Positions 1 to 14,008 of a stretch of 64,000 bases of DNA are shown in pieces; within the stretch, counting starts at the first letter, position 1, and every line of letters starts with the position of its first letter. The stretch comes from the human T2T-CHM13v2.0 reference genome, Homo sapiens. The stretch lies in NCBI RefSeq assembly GCF_009914755.1, contig NC_060945.1; one strand, written 5' to 3'. A program made the position numbers and the translations under genes. The notes beneath the pieces are model-generated. The model was not told where the DNA came from. It worked only from the letters and a program-made list of their open reading frames with translations, and did not search any database.

Positions 1-1118
1 GATTAATATAAATAAATTCTGACTGAACAGAACTCTTGGGTATATAACCTTTTCTTGACTTTCATTTGAGTTATGTACACATGAAAGGTGTATAGCAATG
101 ATAATAAAATACTTTATTTGCATAACACCTTTGAGCTTAAAGGACACCAAATGCTTTCATAAACACAATTTCATTACTTCTAATGGAAGCAACAAATATT
201 ATCATAGAGGAAACAGAGGGAAGATCAGAAAAGCCCCTTATCCACATTATTTCAAGATTTCTTTCATGACTTCTAAATATTATGATTTAACTTATCTCGT
301 TAATTACCCTAATGAAAGAGGAATTCGAGTATATCCTAGAATCTAAGCACATTGTTAGAGGATAAATGGGATCTTTTTTAAAAAAACAAAATAGACCTAA
401 ATTGCTTGACTGTGTTGGAAATGAAGTTATTGAAAAAAAGTGTAAGAATTCAAATAGCATATTTTCTAGGCAAAACTCATTATAGTATGTGTTTGGTGTA
501 GTATTCACAATTAAAATAAAAAGCGAAATACATGTTCTATGTTTATTTTTATTCTGGAAGGAAATTGAATGGTTTAAATAGATTAATATTAGCAATTAAA
601 GATATTTTATAATATCTCAAATTTTTTTAGTGGCATTTATATACGTAGATAAAAAAATGTGAAATAATAATTGTCTGTCATGTGAATTTTTTTTAACACT
701 GGAACCACCAGGAAGTAAAGTTGAAAAACTAAAATTTTAAAGCAGGTTGATAGCAGGTTACTAGAGAATAAATGTTACATTCTTCTTTATTACGTTTATT
801 TGGCTATGCCATCAATCAAAGACACTTATATAAGGTTGTGATGATGTCACTTTCAATAACAAGCTTGACAGGAACAATCTTTATACATTGACATGACATC
901 CAATTTAGGTACTCTGATTTTTCAGCCTGTCACTAGAAGAACTTCACATTTCAAAAATTATAGCATTCACCACAGTAAATGCTTTAGTTAAAAGTAAAAG
1001 ACAACTACCTTCATGTATACTCTTCTGGCATAATCTTATTAAGTACTTATGTTTTGTCACATATGCTTTTGTGCACATACAATTTGGTGAGGCTGTATAT
1101 AAAAGACTTTTGACCACT

Positions 1119-1779
1119 TGTGATGATTAATATTGAGTGTCAACTTGATTGGATTGAAAGATGCAAAATGTGTTCCTTGCGGAGCTTGCAGTGAGCCAAG
1201 ATCGCCCCACTGCACTCCAGCCTGGGCGACAGAGAAAGACTCTATCTCAAAAAAAAAAAAAAAAAAAAAAGTGTGTTCCTTGGTGTGTCTGTGAGGGTGT
1301 TGCCAAAGGAGATTAACATTTGAGTCAGTGGACTGGGAGAGGCAGACCCACCCTCCACCCAGGTGGACACCATCTAATCAGCTGCCAGTGTGGCTAGAAT
1401 AAAGCAGGCAGAAGAACGTGGAAGGATTAAACTTGCTGAGTCTTCTGGCTTTCGTCTTTCTTCTGTGCTAGATGCTTCCTGCCCCTGAACAACAAACTCT
1501 AAGTTCTTCAGCTTTTGGACTATTGGACTTACACCAGTGGTTTGCCAGGGCCTCTGAGGTTTTTGGCCAAGACTGAAGACTGCACTGTTGGCTTCCCTAC
1601 TTTTGAGGTTTTGGGACGCGGACTGATCCACCACTGGCTTCCTTGCTCCTCAACTTGCAGAGGACCTATCGTGGGACCTCACCTTGTGATCGTGTCAGTC
1701 AATTCTCCTTAATAAACTCCCTTTCAGATATACATATAACCTATTAGTTCTGTCCTTCTAGAGAACCCTGACTGATACA
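1119..1779 (+). mobile_element. MLT2A (MLT2A1/A2) solo LTR, HERV-L family, interrupted by an Alu fragment
   Basis: Starts TGTGATGATTAATATTGAGTGTCAACTTGATTGGATTG and ends CTAGAGAACCCTGACTGATACA, matching MLT2A termini; perfect 5-bp TSD CCACT at 1114-1118 and 1780-1784. Confidence 0.93.
1179..1270 (+). mobile_element. Heavily 5'-truncated AluY-type element (3' ~70 nt plus poly-A)
   Basis: GCGGAGCTTGCAGTGAGCCAAGATCG...GACTCTATCTC followed by a pure A tail; GAGCTTGCAG is Y-lineage diagnostic; TSD TGTGTTCCTT at 1169-1178 and 1272-1281. Confidence 0.9.
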
Positions 1780-2365
1780 CCACTCAATAGACAAGCAGAA
1801 CATAGCAAACAGAACAAAGTCTCAAAAACATAATCATCGTATCCTTGGTAAAATAAAAAATTAATTCAAATGGCCAGAAAAAAATGAGAAATTGGATCTG
1901 CTAAATCTATGATACTGCTAGAGAATCCATTATTAAATAATACATAGTTTGTATATTATTCCTCCTAACTGAAATTTGTTCCTCTCTTTGATTTCTTTCT
2001 TTTATTTTTCCCGTTACAATTTACATTTCTAGGTTTTGTTTTACATTTTTAGTATTTTCATTTATTTAATTTGATTTTTTTCTATATAGAATCATAAACT
2101 TTTCATGTGAAATATGCTATATGAATCCTGTAGGTATACATAAATACTAGCTTTTCAAGGTAATTTGTTAGAGTGTATTTCACACACTGGGAAATATCCA
2201 GACTTGTACATTTAATGGCAGCATTAAATGCTTCTGTATGCCACTTAATGAAACTACACTTCAATATGAATGTAAAATTAAGGGTAGAGACCTCACAACA
2301 TCCTCTGCTGCAAGTCATGTACAATATCCAAAAATTAATTCCATGAATAATTATTAAAAGTTTAC

Positions 2366-2738
2366 TTTGATTTCCATTTCTCTAATAAGCAGTAATGATG
2401 AGCTTTTTTTCATATGTTTATTGGCCGCTGTTGCTTAGGTTTTCTTCTATGGTTTTTATGATTTGGAGTTTTACATTTAAGTCTTTACTCCATCTTGAGT
2501 TAATTTTTGTATAAGGTGTGAGGAAGGGGTCCAGTCTTAGTTTTCTGCATATGGCTAGCCAGTTTTCCCAGCGCCATTTATTAAATAGGGAATCATTTCC
2601 CCATTGTTTATTCTTGTCAGGCTTGTTGAAGATCAGATGGTTGTAGATGTGTGGTGGTATTTCTGAGGTCTCTGTTCTGTTCCATTTATCTACATGTCTG
2701 TTTTGGTACCAGTACCATGCTGTTTTGGTTACTGTAGC
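2366..2738 (-). mobile_element. L1PA internal (ORF2 3') fragment with internal deletion
   Basis: Antisense L1 text such as AAGGGGTCCAGT...GCATATGGCTAGCCAGTTTTCCCAGC and GTACCAGTACCATGCTGTTTTGGTTACTGTAGC; sequence jumps at about 2428/2429. Confidence 0.88.
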
Positions 2739-3393
2739 ATTTTTTTAACAGTGAATTCCAGAAAAGGAGTTAGGTTTATTATTGTAGGTTAGTAGTCTTA
2801 ATTGGATAGCCTCTGTATTTTTTGATAAGTTCTTATTTTAAGTGACGATGTAACAGGATCTGGGATGTAATGTGAGGTCCTTGTCAAAATAGAAAGCATG
2901 TATCATAGATTTCTAAATAGTCATGCAGAGCAGCTAAGATATGCAAGAAACTTGCCCAGCAACAACTATGTAATTTTTGCTAACCATATGGTATTCTTTC
3001 TCCAATTGCCCTTCATATTTTGTATTCCAAATGATTAGCTAATAGTTTATAATTGTTTATGTTAAGTATTCATTTCTTGGTCTAAAAATCTTAGTAACTT
3101 AGAATTTGATAATGTTACCCAGGGGAGAACAAAAAAGAAATATATATTAATTTTCTCTTTGCTTTATGTCTGTTTTAAATAATTTTTGAATGAAAAATCT
3201 GCCCTTGATGATTAGTTGCTTTGTGTTAAGAGTGCTTTAATGGTCTTTTATTAAGCTTTATTAAAAAATGGTCTTTTGGACTCTTTAATAAATTTTTTTT
3301 CTGATTTCCTAATGAGGTCTTCCCATGTAGCCAATCATTTTCCAAAAGGCCTGATTTAGTAGTCACCCACTTCTCTGAATAATTATTCAATTT

Positions 3394-3702
3394 AGCCAGG
3401 TGCAGTGGCTCACGCCTGTAATCCCAGCACTTTGGGAGGCCAAGGCATGTGGATCACCTGAGGTCAGCAGTTTGAGACCAGGCTGGCCAACATGGCAAAA
3501 TCCTGTCTCTACTAAAATACAAAAATTAGCCAGGTGTGGTAGTGCTCGCCTGTAGTCTCAGCTTCTGAGGAGGCTGAGGCAGAAGAACCATTTGAAGCTG
3601 GGAGGCAGAGCTTGCAGTAGTGAGCCAAGATCGTACCACTGCACTCCAGACTGGGTGACAGAGCAAGACTCTGTCTGAAATAAAAAAATAAAAAAATAAA
3701 AT
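3394..3702 (+). mobile_element. AluS (Sx-like), full length
   Basis: Both monomers present with GGATCACCTGAGGTCAG, A-rich linker and A-rich tail. Confidence 0.95.
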
Positions 3703-4097
3703 CAGTTTACATGTGTGTGTTTTATATGAGCTTTGTAGAAAAAAATTAAATAACATTTATTTCTGACAGCCTTTTATACTCGATGATTTAAAAATAAAAG
3801 AAAAAATTATGAATTTAGTTTACATTAGTTTATAGCAAGCCATGTAGTATTACATTGTTAATATTTCACTTCTCCAGTCCCTTTACATAAGAGATGTGCT
3901 GAAATAGCTGGGTCATGACTTTAAATAATAAAGAAGATTTTGCTATTGGATGGTGCCAATTTCGGTAAGACAAATTGGTGAAATTGGAGGATTTACTTGT
4001 GGTCAGCTTTTGTTTTTTATTTATACTGATTCTGTATTCTCATTTTTGATGTTTGGTTCCTATTAAAGGTCACTAATAATTTTATCTTTTGATCTTT

Positions 4098-4669
4098 TGT
4101 GGAAATAATTGAAGAACAACCAAATAAGAACAGACAAAAGCTATTTTTGAAAGTTTGTCATAGCAAGAGAGTCATTACCCTCATCTGCACTTTGGCAGAG
4201 ACCCAAAGATAGACAAAGGAGTGGAAAAGCTTGATAGTGGAAAAACGGAAAGCTTCAAGCGTGCCCTGATTGGAGGCTGTTAGCGTTGGGGAGCTGTAGG
4301 CAGTCTAACTAGAAGCAGGGCATCCCATGTGATTGATTAGGAGTGTATATTTGGCTTCCTCTGTCCTGTCTGATATTTGAAGTAGAGACAAAAATTAGGG
4401 AAGCTGTCAGTTATTAATCAATTCCTAGAAATTGTAGGCTTATTGTTACAGGAGTTATTGTTTCTTTTCCTAAAATATTTGCTAGAGATAGTTGTTTTAC
4501 TTCCTGAAAGTTTAACTAGTGGATATTAAATAGTTCAGGTTAGTAGATAATAGTTTGCCTTTCCAGGCTGGTTATTCTAGATGACAAGTCGATTTCTTGG
4601 GCTGCAGATTTGTGAGTCAAATTTCTATGTTTTATTTACGGCCATTGTCCATTTGTTTATCTAGTCTCA
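4098..4669 (-). mobile_element. ERV1-class solo LTR (MER67/MER31-like; subfamily uncertain)
   Basis: TG...CA termini on the minus strand (TGAGACTAG...ATTTCCACA); internal CCAATCAGGGCAC and TAATAACTGACAGCTTCCCTAATTTTTGTC motifs typical of this group; near 4-bp TSD CTTT/GTTT. Confidence 0.7.
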
Positions 4670-4773
4670 GTTTTCATAGGTAAACTTTAGACATTATTGC
4701 CTAAAAGTTTATATTAATTCTGGGTTGATGAGCAAAGTAATGGGTACAGATAAGTATACCTTTTTTAATCTGC

Positions 4774-5010
4774 TTATTATTATTATTATTATACTTTAAG
4801 TTCAGGGATACATGTGCAGAACGTGCGGGTTTGTTACATAGGTATACACGTGCCATGGTGGTTTGCTGCACCCATCAACCCGTCATCTACATTAGGTATT
4901 TCTCCTAATGCTATTCCTCCCATAACTCCCCACCCCCTGACAGGCCCTAGTGTGTGATGTTTTCCTCCCTGTGTCCATGTGTTCTCATTGTTCAACTCAC
5001 ACCTATGAGT
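4774..5010 (-). mobile_element. L1PA (PA7/8-like) 3' end, 5'-truncated
   Basis: (TTA)n tail then ATACTTTAAGTTCAGGGATACATGTGCAGAACGTG...TGCTGCACCCATCAACCCGTCATCTACATTAGG, the antisense of the L1PA 3'UTR. Confidence 0.92.
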
Positions 5011-7607
5011 ACACCAAGGGTTAATTAAGAAAATAGCATTGATCTAAAATGCATTTGCTATCTTTTTGTGTTTGTCATATATTATAGAAATATTTGTTAT
5101 CACTTGAATACCTATTGTCAAACTCCTGTTTTTCAAGACAAGACTTTTAAAAAACAGTCTAACTCATTTGGATTGGATTTGCAAGAAAAAAAATGGCCTT
5201 TTTACTTTGGGAAATTTCTAGTCACTTCAGCTGATTGTCTGTAAAGGGAAGGTAGCATTCATTGATGAATAACCATGTTTACCTTAGATTATGGTCTTTT
5301 ATTCCCGAGGGTGATGTTTAAACTTCTTCAAATTCTGAGGAGAATGAAGTGCATTCATAAAAATATTTTTGCCATTTATTGAATTTCTTTTATATACTAG
5401 AAAATTTCCTACCTTTATATATATTTTTTTCAATGGCATCTCTAATGAGCAGTATAGATATACTTAAGAAAATGAGACTCAGGGAGTCCCTACATTCTGG
5501 CAGCTAGGGAGAGAGAATTCAAAGTCCTAACTTCATTATGCTTTACAGTTCCTCAATGATGTAGTTTTATTTTGTCTACAAATTATATGTCTCTTAAAGT
5601 GAAACTATAAATTACATACAACATCGAATGTGAGAGGAACAGGAATTACACTGATCTGGAATAAAGTCTGATCCTTTCTTAAGTCCCTGAACCGCTAATG
5701 CCACAACTGCTCGCTAATGTAGAATTCATTTGGGAGAATAACTTGGACTTAAAATAATGTTAGAAAAATATCATTAAAGAAACAACATAGGAAGTTAAAA
5801 TAGAAAAGCATGCTTAATTTTTGCAACCCATTATCATAGTTTAATAAAATTTAAGCACTTTAAAAAAATAAGTAACAGAGAAAAATTAGAAACAGCCTAA
5901 ATATACATATTAGGGGAGTAATTCAATAAGGATTATCCATCCATACATTGGATCATCAGGTGTTAATTGATCATTATGTTTTAATTTGTGATATTTAGCA
6001 GGGATTTATTAAATAAGACCTGTGAGTGTTTTTGATAAACAAGATAAATAATTTTTAACTCTACCTGCATATTTAAATATTGAATGTTTTATGGTAGCAA
6101 TATGTAGAATATTGTAGCAATATATTTACCTAATTTTCAGTTGCAAATATAAATAATTTCCATTTTTTTCACTCAATACTCAAGATAAAATGAATGTTCC
6201 TCCTTTCAGCTTTGTCATGATTGAGCATTTGTAATTGTTTAGAACATAACGCCTGAATTGAACCGTTGTGTTCTGGCAGTAGGCAATGTCAGTAGCCCGA
6301 GTAAAAAATAGTGTCAGTTGGCATTTTTGTCTTTGTCATCACTCTTGTATGGCAGATGAGTGTTCAACAAGAAGCTCAGCCTACTACCCTGACAAATGAC
6401 ATATTCATTTCTATCTAGAAATGTTTTGCCATCATGCTTTTATATAAAATACATATAATAGCATCATCATTTAAAATGTCTTTAAGTTTTGCATGATCTA
6501 TTTGCATTTGCTTTGTTTTCACTTTGAATTCAAAATACATACGGTTATTTTTCTTAGATACTCTCATATAGCACATTATACATAATTAAAATTTTCACAG
6601 AATCATTCAGATTGTATGAAAAGGTGCATTTTAACATTTAACTTTTGTCACTGAATCCTATGTATAAAGAATATTATAATTCCATTTATACTTTGCATAT
6701 TCCCCTGTTATATTTTACCATTAAAAATTAAAGTTTATAAGACAAACTTCTAAACAATAACATAAAATGAAATAATTTTAAACTTCTCGTTTAATATTAT
6801 ATAAATAATCTACAGCAATGATTTCACAATTTGACCAACAGATTCTCCAGAGACTCCTCAAATCCTGCAGACTAGATTTAAGTTGGTCATAATTACACCA
6901 TATGGACAATGGGTTGGTATTTATTTGGTTTTTGCTTTCTTCTAAAATGGGTTTAGTACTTTAAATTATAATCTACCGTTAAAGAAAAAAATGACCATGG
7001 TAATAATGTTACCACACACAATAAGGGAAAAGTTTCCAGGTTTCTGAGAATGCTTTGTGTTTTTCTTTATTTTTGAGAGAAATAGAAGCCCATTTAGGCC
7101 CTCTTGTCACCTTGTTCTCTACATTTCAGATCTTTGGGAGACATTCAGTTTCACATACTGTCTTCAGAAAATGTGTTTCAGAAAAAAATTATAACTAAAA
7201 GTATGTCACTCAACACATCATCTTGTAATATATTTACTTACGCCTTATCTCCTATTAGAACAAGTGTCTCAAAGACAATATCTATGTCCTGCACATCTTT
7301 TATTTTCTCTGGCTCAGAGCCTATAATAATTAGATAAGTTCTTTTTACTGAATATTTAGATATATCTAAGTATCTGTTCTTTTGATCTCATTGTATTATG
7401 GGAGAACTTTCCAACACTACAGTCACTTGATCTTTTTCCTACTTTAAGACCTGCTTTTCCTCCATACTCTTATAGGAACTCTTTGCCTATTTTAATTCTA
7501 AATTCTGGTGTTCCTCCAGGGTTCTGTTCTCCAAGCTGTCTGTATATGATGATTCCCTTAACTATATTCCCAGCCCCAGCATACCCAGAATACTCTGTTC
7601 AAAGTAA

Positions 7608-7608
7608 T

Positions 7609-7639
<31 letters not shown>

Positions 7640-7702
7640 TGCGTGCACGCATGCATGCACACACAAGCACATGCACACGTACACACACAATCACACATAT
7701 AT
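7608..7702. repeat. (CA)n / (CATG)-mixed microsatellite
   Basis: Direct reading: ACACACAC...ATGCGTGCACGCATGCATGCACACAC. Confidence 0.95.
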
Positions 7703-7934
7703 ACTCCAATTGGGTTCTTATAGGCACCTTATTTATTTAATTATTTATTTAATCAAGAAGAGCTGTTAAGCGCCTACCTCAAGATAGCATGAAAATCATC
7801 ACTCAAAATTAACAAGAATAAGCCAAAACAAAGTTTTTTATTACTCGTACTCCTACCCACAACAATTTTTTTTCTTTTTAAAAGTCTTCCCTATTTACAT
7901 AAATTATTATACCATTCATACCTTGAACACATTT

Positions 7935-8510
7935 TTAAATTACTTTTTTTACCATGGTTATATACATACAACATAATATTTACCATTTTAACAGTTTCAA
8001 GTGCTCAGTTCAGTGGTATCAAAGACATCCGTAATGTTGTGCAACCATCACCACTATCCGTCTCTGTAACTTTTCATCTTGTAAAACTAAAACTCTGTCT
8101 TCATTAAGCAATAACTTCTCATGCCCCTCTCCTCTTCTACCCTTGCCTTTGGCACCCATCATTCTAATTTCCGTCTCTATGATTTTGACTACGCTATCTC
8201 ACACAAGTGGAATTATATAGCATTTGTCTTCTTGTGACTGGCTTATACTACTTAGCATAATGATCTCAATGTTTATCTTTGTTGTTGAATGTGTTAGAAT
8301 TGCCTTCCTTTTTAAGATTGAATACTATTTCATTGTATTTATAGTTCATACTTTGTTATGCAATCATCTGTCAACAGACACGAGCTGCTTCCACATTTTA
8401 GCTATTGTAAGTAATACTGCTGTGAACATTGGTTGTACAAATAACTCCTCAAGACCCTGCTTTTAATTCTTTTGGGTATATGCACAGAAGTGAAACTACT
8501 GGATCATAGA
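7935..8510 (-). mobile_element. L1MB (MB3-like) 3' portion
   Basis: TTTACCATTTTAACAGTTTCAAGTG...GTTGTGCAACCATCACCACTATCC...GTGACTGGCTTAT...CTTAGCATAATG, the antisense of an L1MB 3'UTR. Confidence 0.85.
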
Positions 8511-10311
8511 CCACACTATTTCTGATATATGCGCAGGCCTGAATTATTCTCTGTTTCTTTGGTAGTTTCATACTGTCTGGGACTATAATGCTTTTGTAAT
8601 CTATGATCACTCCAATTGTAGTCTCCAAACTAATATCTCTACCTCCACTCTTGTTTTCCAGGTCTCTTTACATAGAGCAATCATAGTAAGATTTTTAAAG
8701 CATAAAATAGTAAATTAATTCCATTCTGTCAAGAAAGACAGATGGCAATTAAAACAATCCCAAATTTCTCATAATCTTCTACAATGCAGGTATGAAAATA
8801 TTTGTCTTCTTAATTTTACATGACCAAATATGTGTATATATATTCCTTGCCCAACACACAATTTCCTGTATCTCCTAAAAATACAAACAATACAAATGTC
8901 TTCCAGGACATTTGCAACTTTTAAAAAAATTTATGGTATTTATTTGTTTATTTGTTTTCATATTGGAAAGTCTCTCAAATGTTCATATGCCTGACATTTC
9001 TCTTCATTTAAATGCCATCTCAAATGTCCCTTTTTCATTATGGATTTCTCTCATGATCCTAGGCAGGGGACTCATCTAGTCACTTTCATATTATGCCTAA
9101 TCATATTACATTTTCTTTTTGTTCTTATCACTATATGAAGTTATCCAATTCGTTTGTTTGTTTATAGTAGATTAGAGATCGAAGGTTTGTTTATGGCAAA
9201 TTTAAGTCATGAAATACCCACCACCTTCTTGTGTCTCCTGTATCACAAAGCCAAGCAGGACAGTACAGTGTCTTTACCTGTTAACTACGACCCCTGGCCT
9301 CATGCTCGGGGACTAGGGATTTTATAGTGACTTCAAGATTCAGACATAAAGCACCAAGGTGATGTAAACTTGGTATCCTGGGGTGATAGTGGACCCCACA
9401 CCATAGCATTACAACAGATTTTTGTTAACCAAAGGCCTTTCAGATTTCCACATGACTGTGAATGTCGGTGTGAATAAATGCCAATGAGCATGAGATTAGA
9501 TAAATGGAAGAACAGAGCCCAAAATGGAAGGAGACAGAGGCAGCATCCTAAATTGACTGAGTTACCATAAGTGACTTGGGGAGGAAAAAATATCTGGAAA
9601 TGACTGAGATATATTTGAATTGATTATGTAATAGTATCAACTATAGAAACAAACTTGAATTTCCAGAACTAAGTCTAAATTCATTATAAACAAATAAACT
9701 TCCAGTTTGATAGCACAGCAAAATAATTAAAATACATGGTCACTAACTAAGAAGACATGTACCTTTAAAAGCAGCAGAGGCTATTGGTCCTTGATCCAGG
9801 TGATACTGAAGCACATGGGTCACTGTTAGGAGTTTCTAATAGAATAGAACTGAGTACAAATATTTTTACAAGAACAAAACATGTAAACAATTGACTAAGG
9901 TTTTTCATCTTATTAGAATCTTTCTTGATCATATGAGATAGTCACAAATCATGACCAACCAGGCTACACTAAGAAAAAATTGCTTCTGTTATATTAAATT
10001 ATAAGTGAAAAACTCTTCCAAACAAATACTATGATATTTGTATTGAATATTTCCTTGGTTCTTTAACATTTAATTCAAATGGAAGGTTAATTTCCAATAT
10101 GCAATTGGCAAAAGAAAAATATGCAGGAACCGTATCAAATTATATGTGCAACTATGAGCAGAGACAGAATACATATGTAACAAAGGTTTAAATAAGTTTA
10201 GGCTTTAGCAGGTATAATCACTGAAGAAAAAGAAAACTAAAAATATTTTGAGGGAAAGAGAGTTTATGTTAGCTTACAGTGTTCTCTCTTTTCTTCCTTT
10301 CTTTCCTATAG

Positions 10312-10404
10312 CATTTTAGACAAATGGAAGGCTTAGAATGAAGGTTGAGCAAGTCGATGTTTGTGTTAGCTGAAGAAGAGTACAAAGCAGAGTGAGAGGA
10401 GGAG
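10312..10404 (+). other. Candidate non-coding (lncRNA or poison) exon, 93 nt
   Basis: Branch-like CTTAC (10273-10277), ~28-nt pyrimidine tract ending TAG at 10311, purine-rich body (GAAGAAGA), donor GAG|GTAACC; stop codons in all three frames. Confidence 0.3.
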
Positions 10405-11094
10405 GTAACCAGGGGGTATCTCAATATGAACCTTGCCATTAACTTAAATGAACAGTCCAGAACTTTTATCACACTCATAATTCACTTTCACATGGGATAT
10501 ATTTAGTTGTCTCTCCTGGAGAAATGATATTGCACCATACAAGATTAATATAGCTTGGGCCCTGGTGGCCATTATGTTGCCACAGGTTTATGGTTTTTCT
10601 ACAGTATTTTGATTTATGATACCCTTCCTTTTAATAGAGGTTCATTATTTGTACATTAAGGTTGTAACTTACTCCATCATAGGGGGACTTCTATTAATCA
10701 GGGATCCTATGTAGTTCAGGTTGACATTACTGTCCTTTTTGACAGTATTGCTCAAGCTGAGTCATTTGTTAAATGTGCAGGCCCTTTGTGGCTTAAGATT
10801 CACTTCAGCAGCTGGGGAAACATTTTCATTCTGATGCAAAATGACTCTTATGTGTCATTTCATATGTCATTTAATCTAGGTGATAGATGCTTCAATTTAA
10901 CTAACTCAGCATTATCTATTTATTTTGATTTTATGAGCTCTCCTTTAAATAATTCAAAAATACAAAGCTACGTTCTATCCCAGGCTTAGCATGTCACTTG
11001 TTAAGGAAGTAAATAGGCATAAACAGAATAATACTATTCTTTTGCCTTTAGCTCATAGTACTGAAAATCTCTTTTCCACAGATGTTATTTTATC

Positions 11095-11120
11095 AGAGAG
11101 AGAGAGAGAGAGAAAGAGAG
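11095..11120. repeat. (GA)n microsatellite
   Basis: AGAGAGAGAGAGAGAGAGAAAGAGAG. Confidence 0.9.
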
Positions 11121-11754
11121 GCGTGTTTAAGGTTAGATTCAATATTTATAAGCTTTTTAAAGTTCTGAAATTCCACACACTTTTAATTCATTGTAGGTTT
11201 GTAGATATTACATTTCTATGTAACTTTATATATTTTGTTTCAGAACTCCATATTTCAAAGAGAAAAGAACAATTCTGATGAGATTTATTTGCTAAGGAAT
11301 ATTAATAGTGAATTTTTGATGAAATAATACCACTGTGCAAACTCTACTTAGTGATTTGAGATTTAGGGAGACTTTATTTGAAGTTTGAATTTACATAATA
11401 AGTTCAGGGAATATAATGCTTCATGTCAATATATGAAGGGTAAAATGATAACTAATAAGATGTCTTGGTTCAAGATATATATTAGCAATACATATTTACC
11501 ATGCAAAATATTTAAGTCCTCATGCTAGAATAGGTATATAGAATTTTCCAGAGGCTGGACAGGCAAATACAGATTAAAATTATTTAATATTTAACATATT
11601 AAGGGTAACCACAACCATAAGGAATTGAAAAGTTGACTTTTGGAGTCTTTTTAATTTTGTATTGTTTCCTAATTACTGCTTAAAGTCTGAGCACAGCTGC
11701 CATTCAAAAGTCTTGTTTTTACTATTTTATTTTACATTTGAAAAATAGAATATA

Positions 11755-11912
11755 TTTTTACTTATAAGTGGAAGCTAAAAAATGTGTACACTTGAACATA
11801 GAGTATGAAATATAGACCCTGGAGACTTAGAAGGTGGGAGGTGGAGGAGAGGGGCAGATGATGATTTAATGGGTACAGTGTACCTTATTCAGATGATGGG
11901 CACACTAAAGTT
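11755..11912 (+). mobile_element. L1PB-type 3'UTR fragment
   Basis: CTTATAAGTGGAAGCTAAA...GGAGACTTAGAAGGTGGGAGG...AATGGGTACAGTGTAC...GATGGGCACACTAAAG. Confidence 0.75.
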
Positions 11913-11949
11913 CTAGAGCCTGTTGACTACATTAGAATTATGCAATAAA

Positions 11950-13455
<1,506 letters not shown>

Positions 13456-13589
13456 ACAAATGTCAGGCGTTTCTCCAATGTTTCCTTCTAGTAGTTTTCT
13501 CCAAGTTTTACATTTAAGTCTTCAGTTTTGAACTGATTTTTGGGTATGGTGAATGAATGATGGAGTCTAGTTTCATTCTTCTGCGTATG

Positions 13590-14008
13590 TGTATAGCAGA
13601 CACACCTATCAGCAACAACTTAAGAATACCCTGAGAAAGGCCCTATGACCTAAGAAGAGCTCTGAATTAAGGACCCCAGGAATAGCCAACCTGGGGATAA
13701 TCGTTATTTATGAAGGACATCCAAAGCCCTGGCCCATTCCTTGGAATGCAGGCTGTACAGGGGATTGGGGCCCTTTGTTTTGAGTTCAATGGATTGCTAG
13801 GAGGAGGGTACTAAATAAAATTTGCTAAATAAACTGCATACTTTTTACAAAAAGTAGTGGTTCTCCTGTCAAGCCCGCCAGCACTGGACTGCTCCAAAAT
13901 GTAAATTTTCAATAAAACCTATGTCTCATTCCCTTGCTCTAGGTCTCTTCTTCAAATTCTCAGACTCAGTGCCATCCCTATTGGAGTCAATAGAGGTCCA
14001 GCACAACA
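13590..14008 (+). mobile_element. LTR47-type (ERVL) solo LTR inserted in L1
   Basis: TGTATAGCAGACACACCT...CTTAAGAATACCCTGAGAA...CCATCCCTATTGGAGTCAATAGAGGTCCAGCACAACA; host L1 resumes in register (CTGCGTATG|...|GATATCCAG). Confidence 0.8.

Larger units (their letters stand above)
7240..9165 (+). mobile_element. Degenerate L2 fragments, interrupted by a (CA)n tract and an L1MB
   Basis: L2-like text: GTTCCTCCAGGGTTCTG, GATTCCC...TATATTCCCAGCCCCAG, TTTAAAGCATAAAATAG, CTCAAATGTCCCTTTTTC. Highly diverged. Confidence 0.55.

Noticed and set aside
2366-5010. Two minus-strand L1PA pieces as one disrupted element
   Set aside because: The order is wrong: on the minus strand the 3' end should lie at lower coordinates than the ORF2 piece.
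9170-9900. Moderately GC-richer stretch, possibly a very old LTR
   Set aside because: No termini, TSD or family motif could be identified with confidence.
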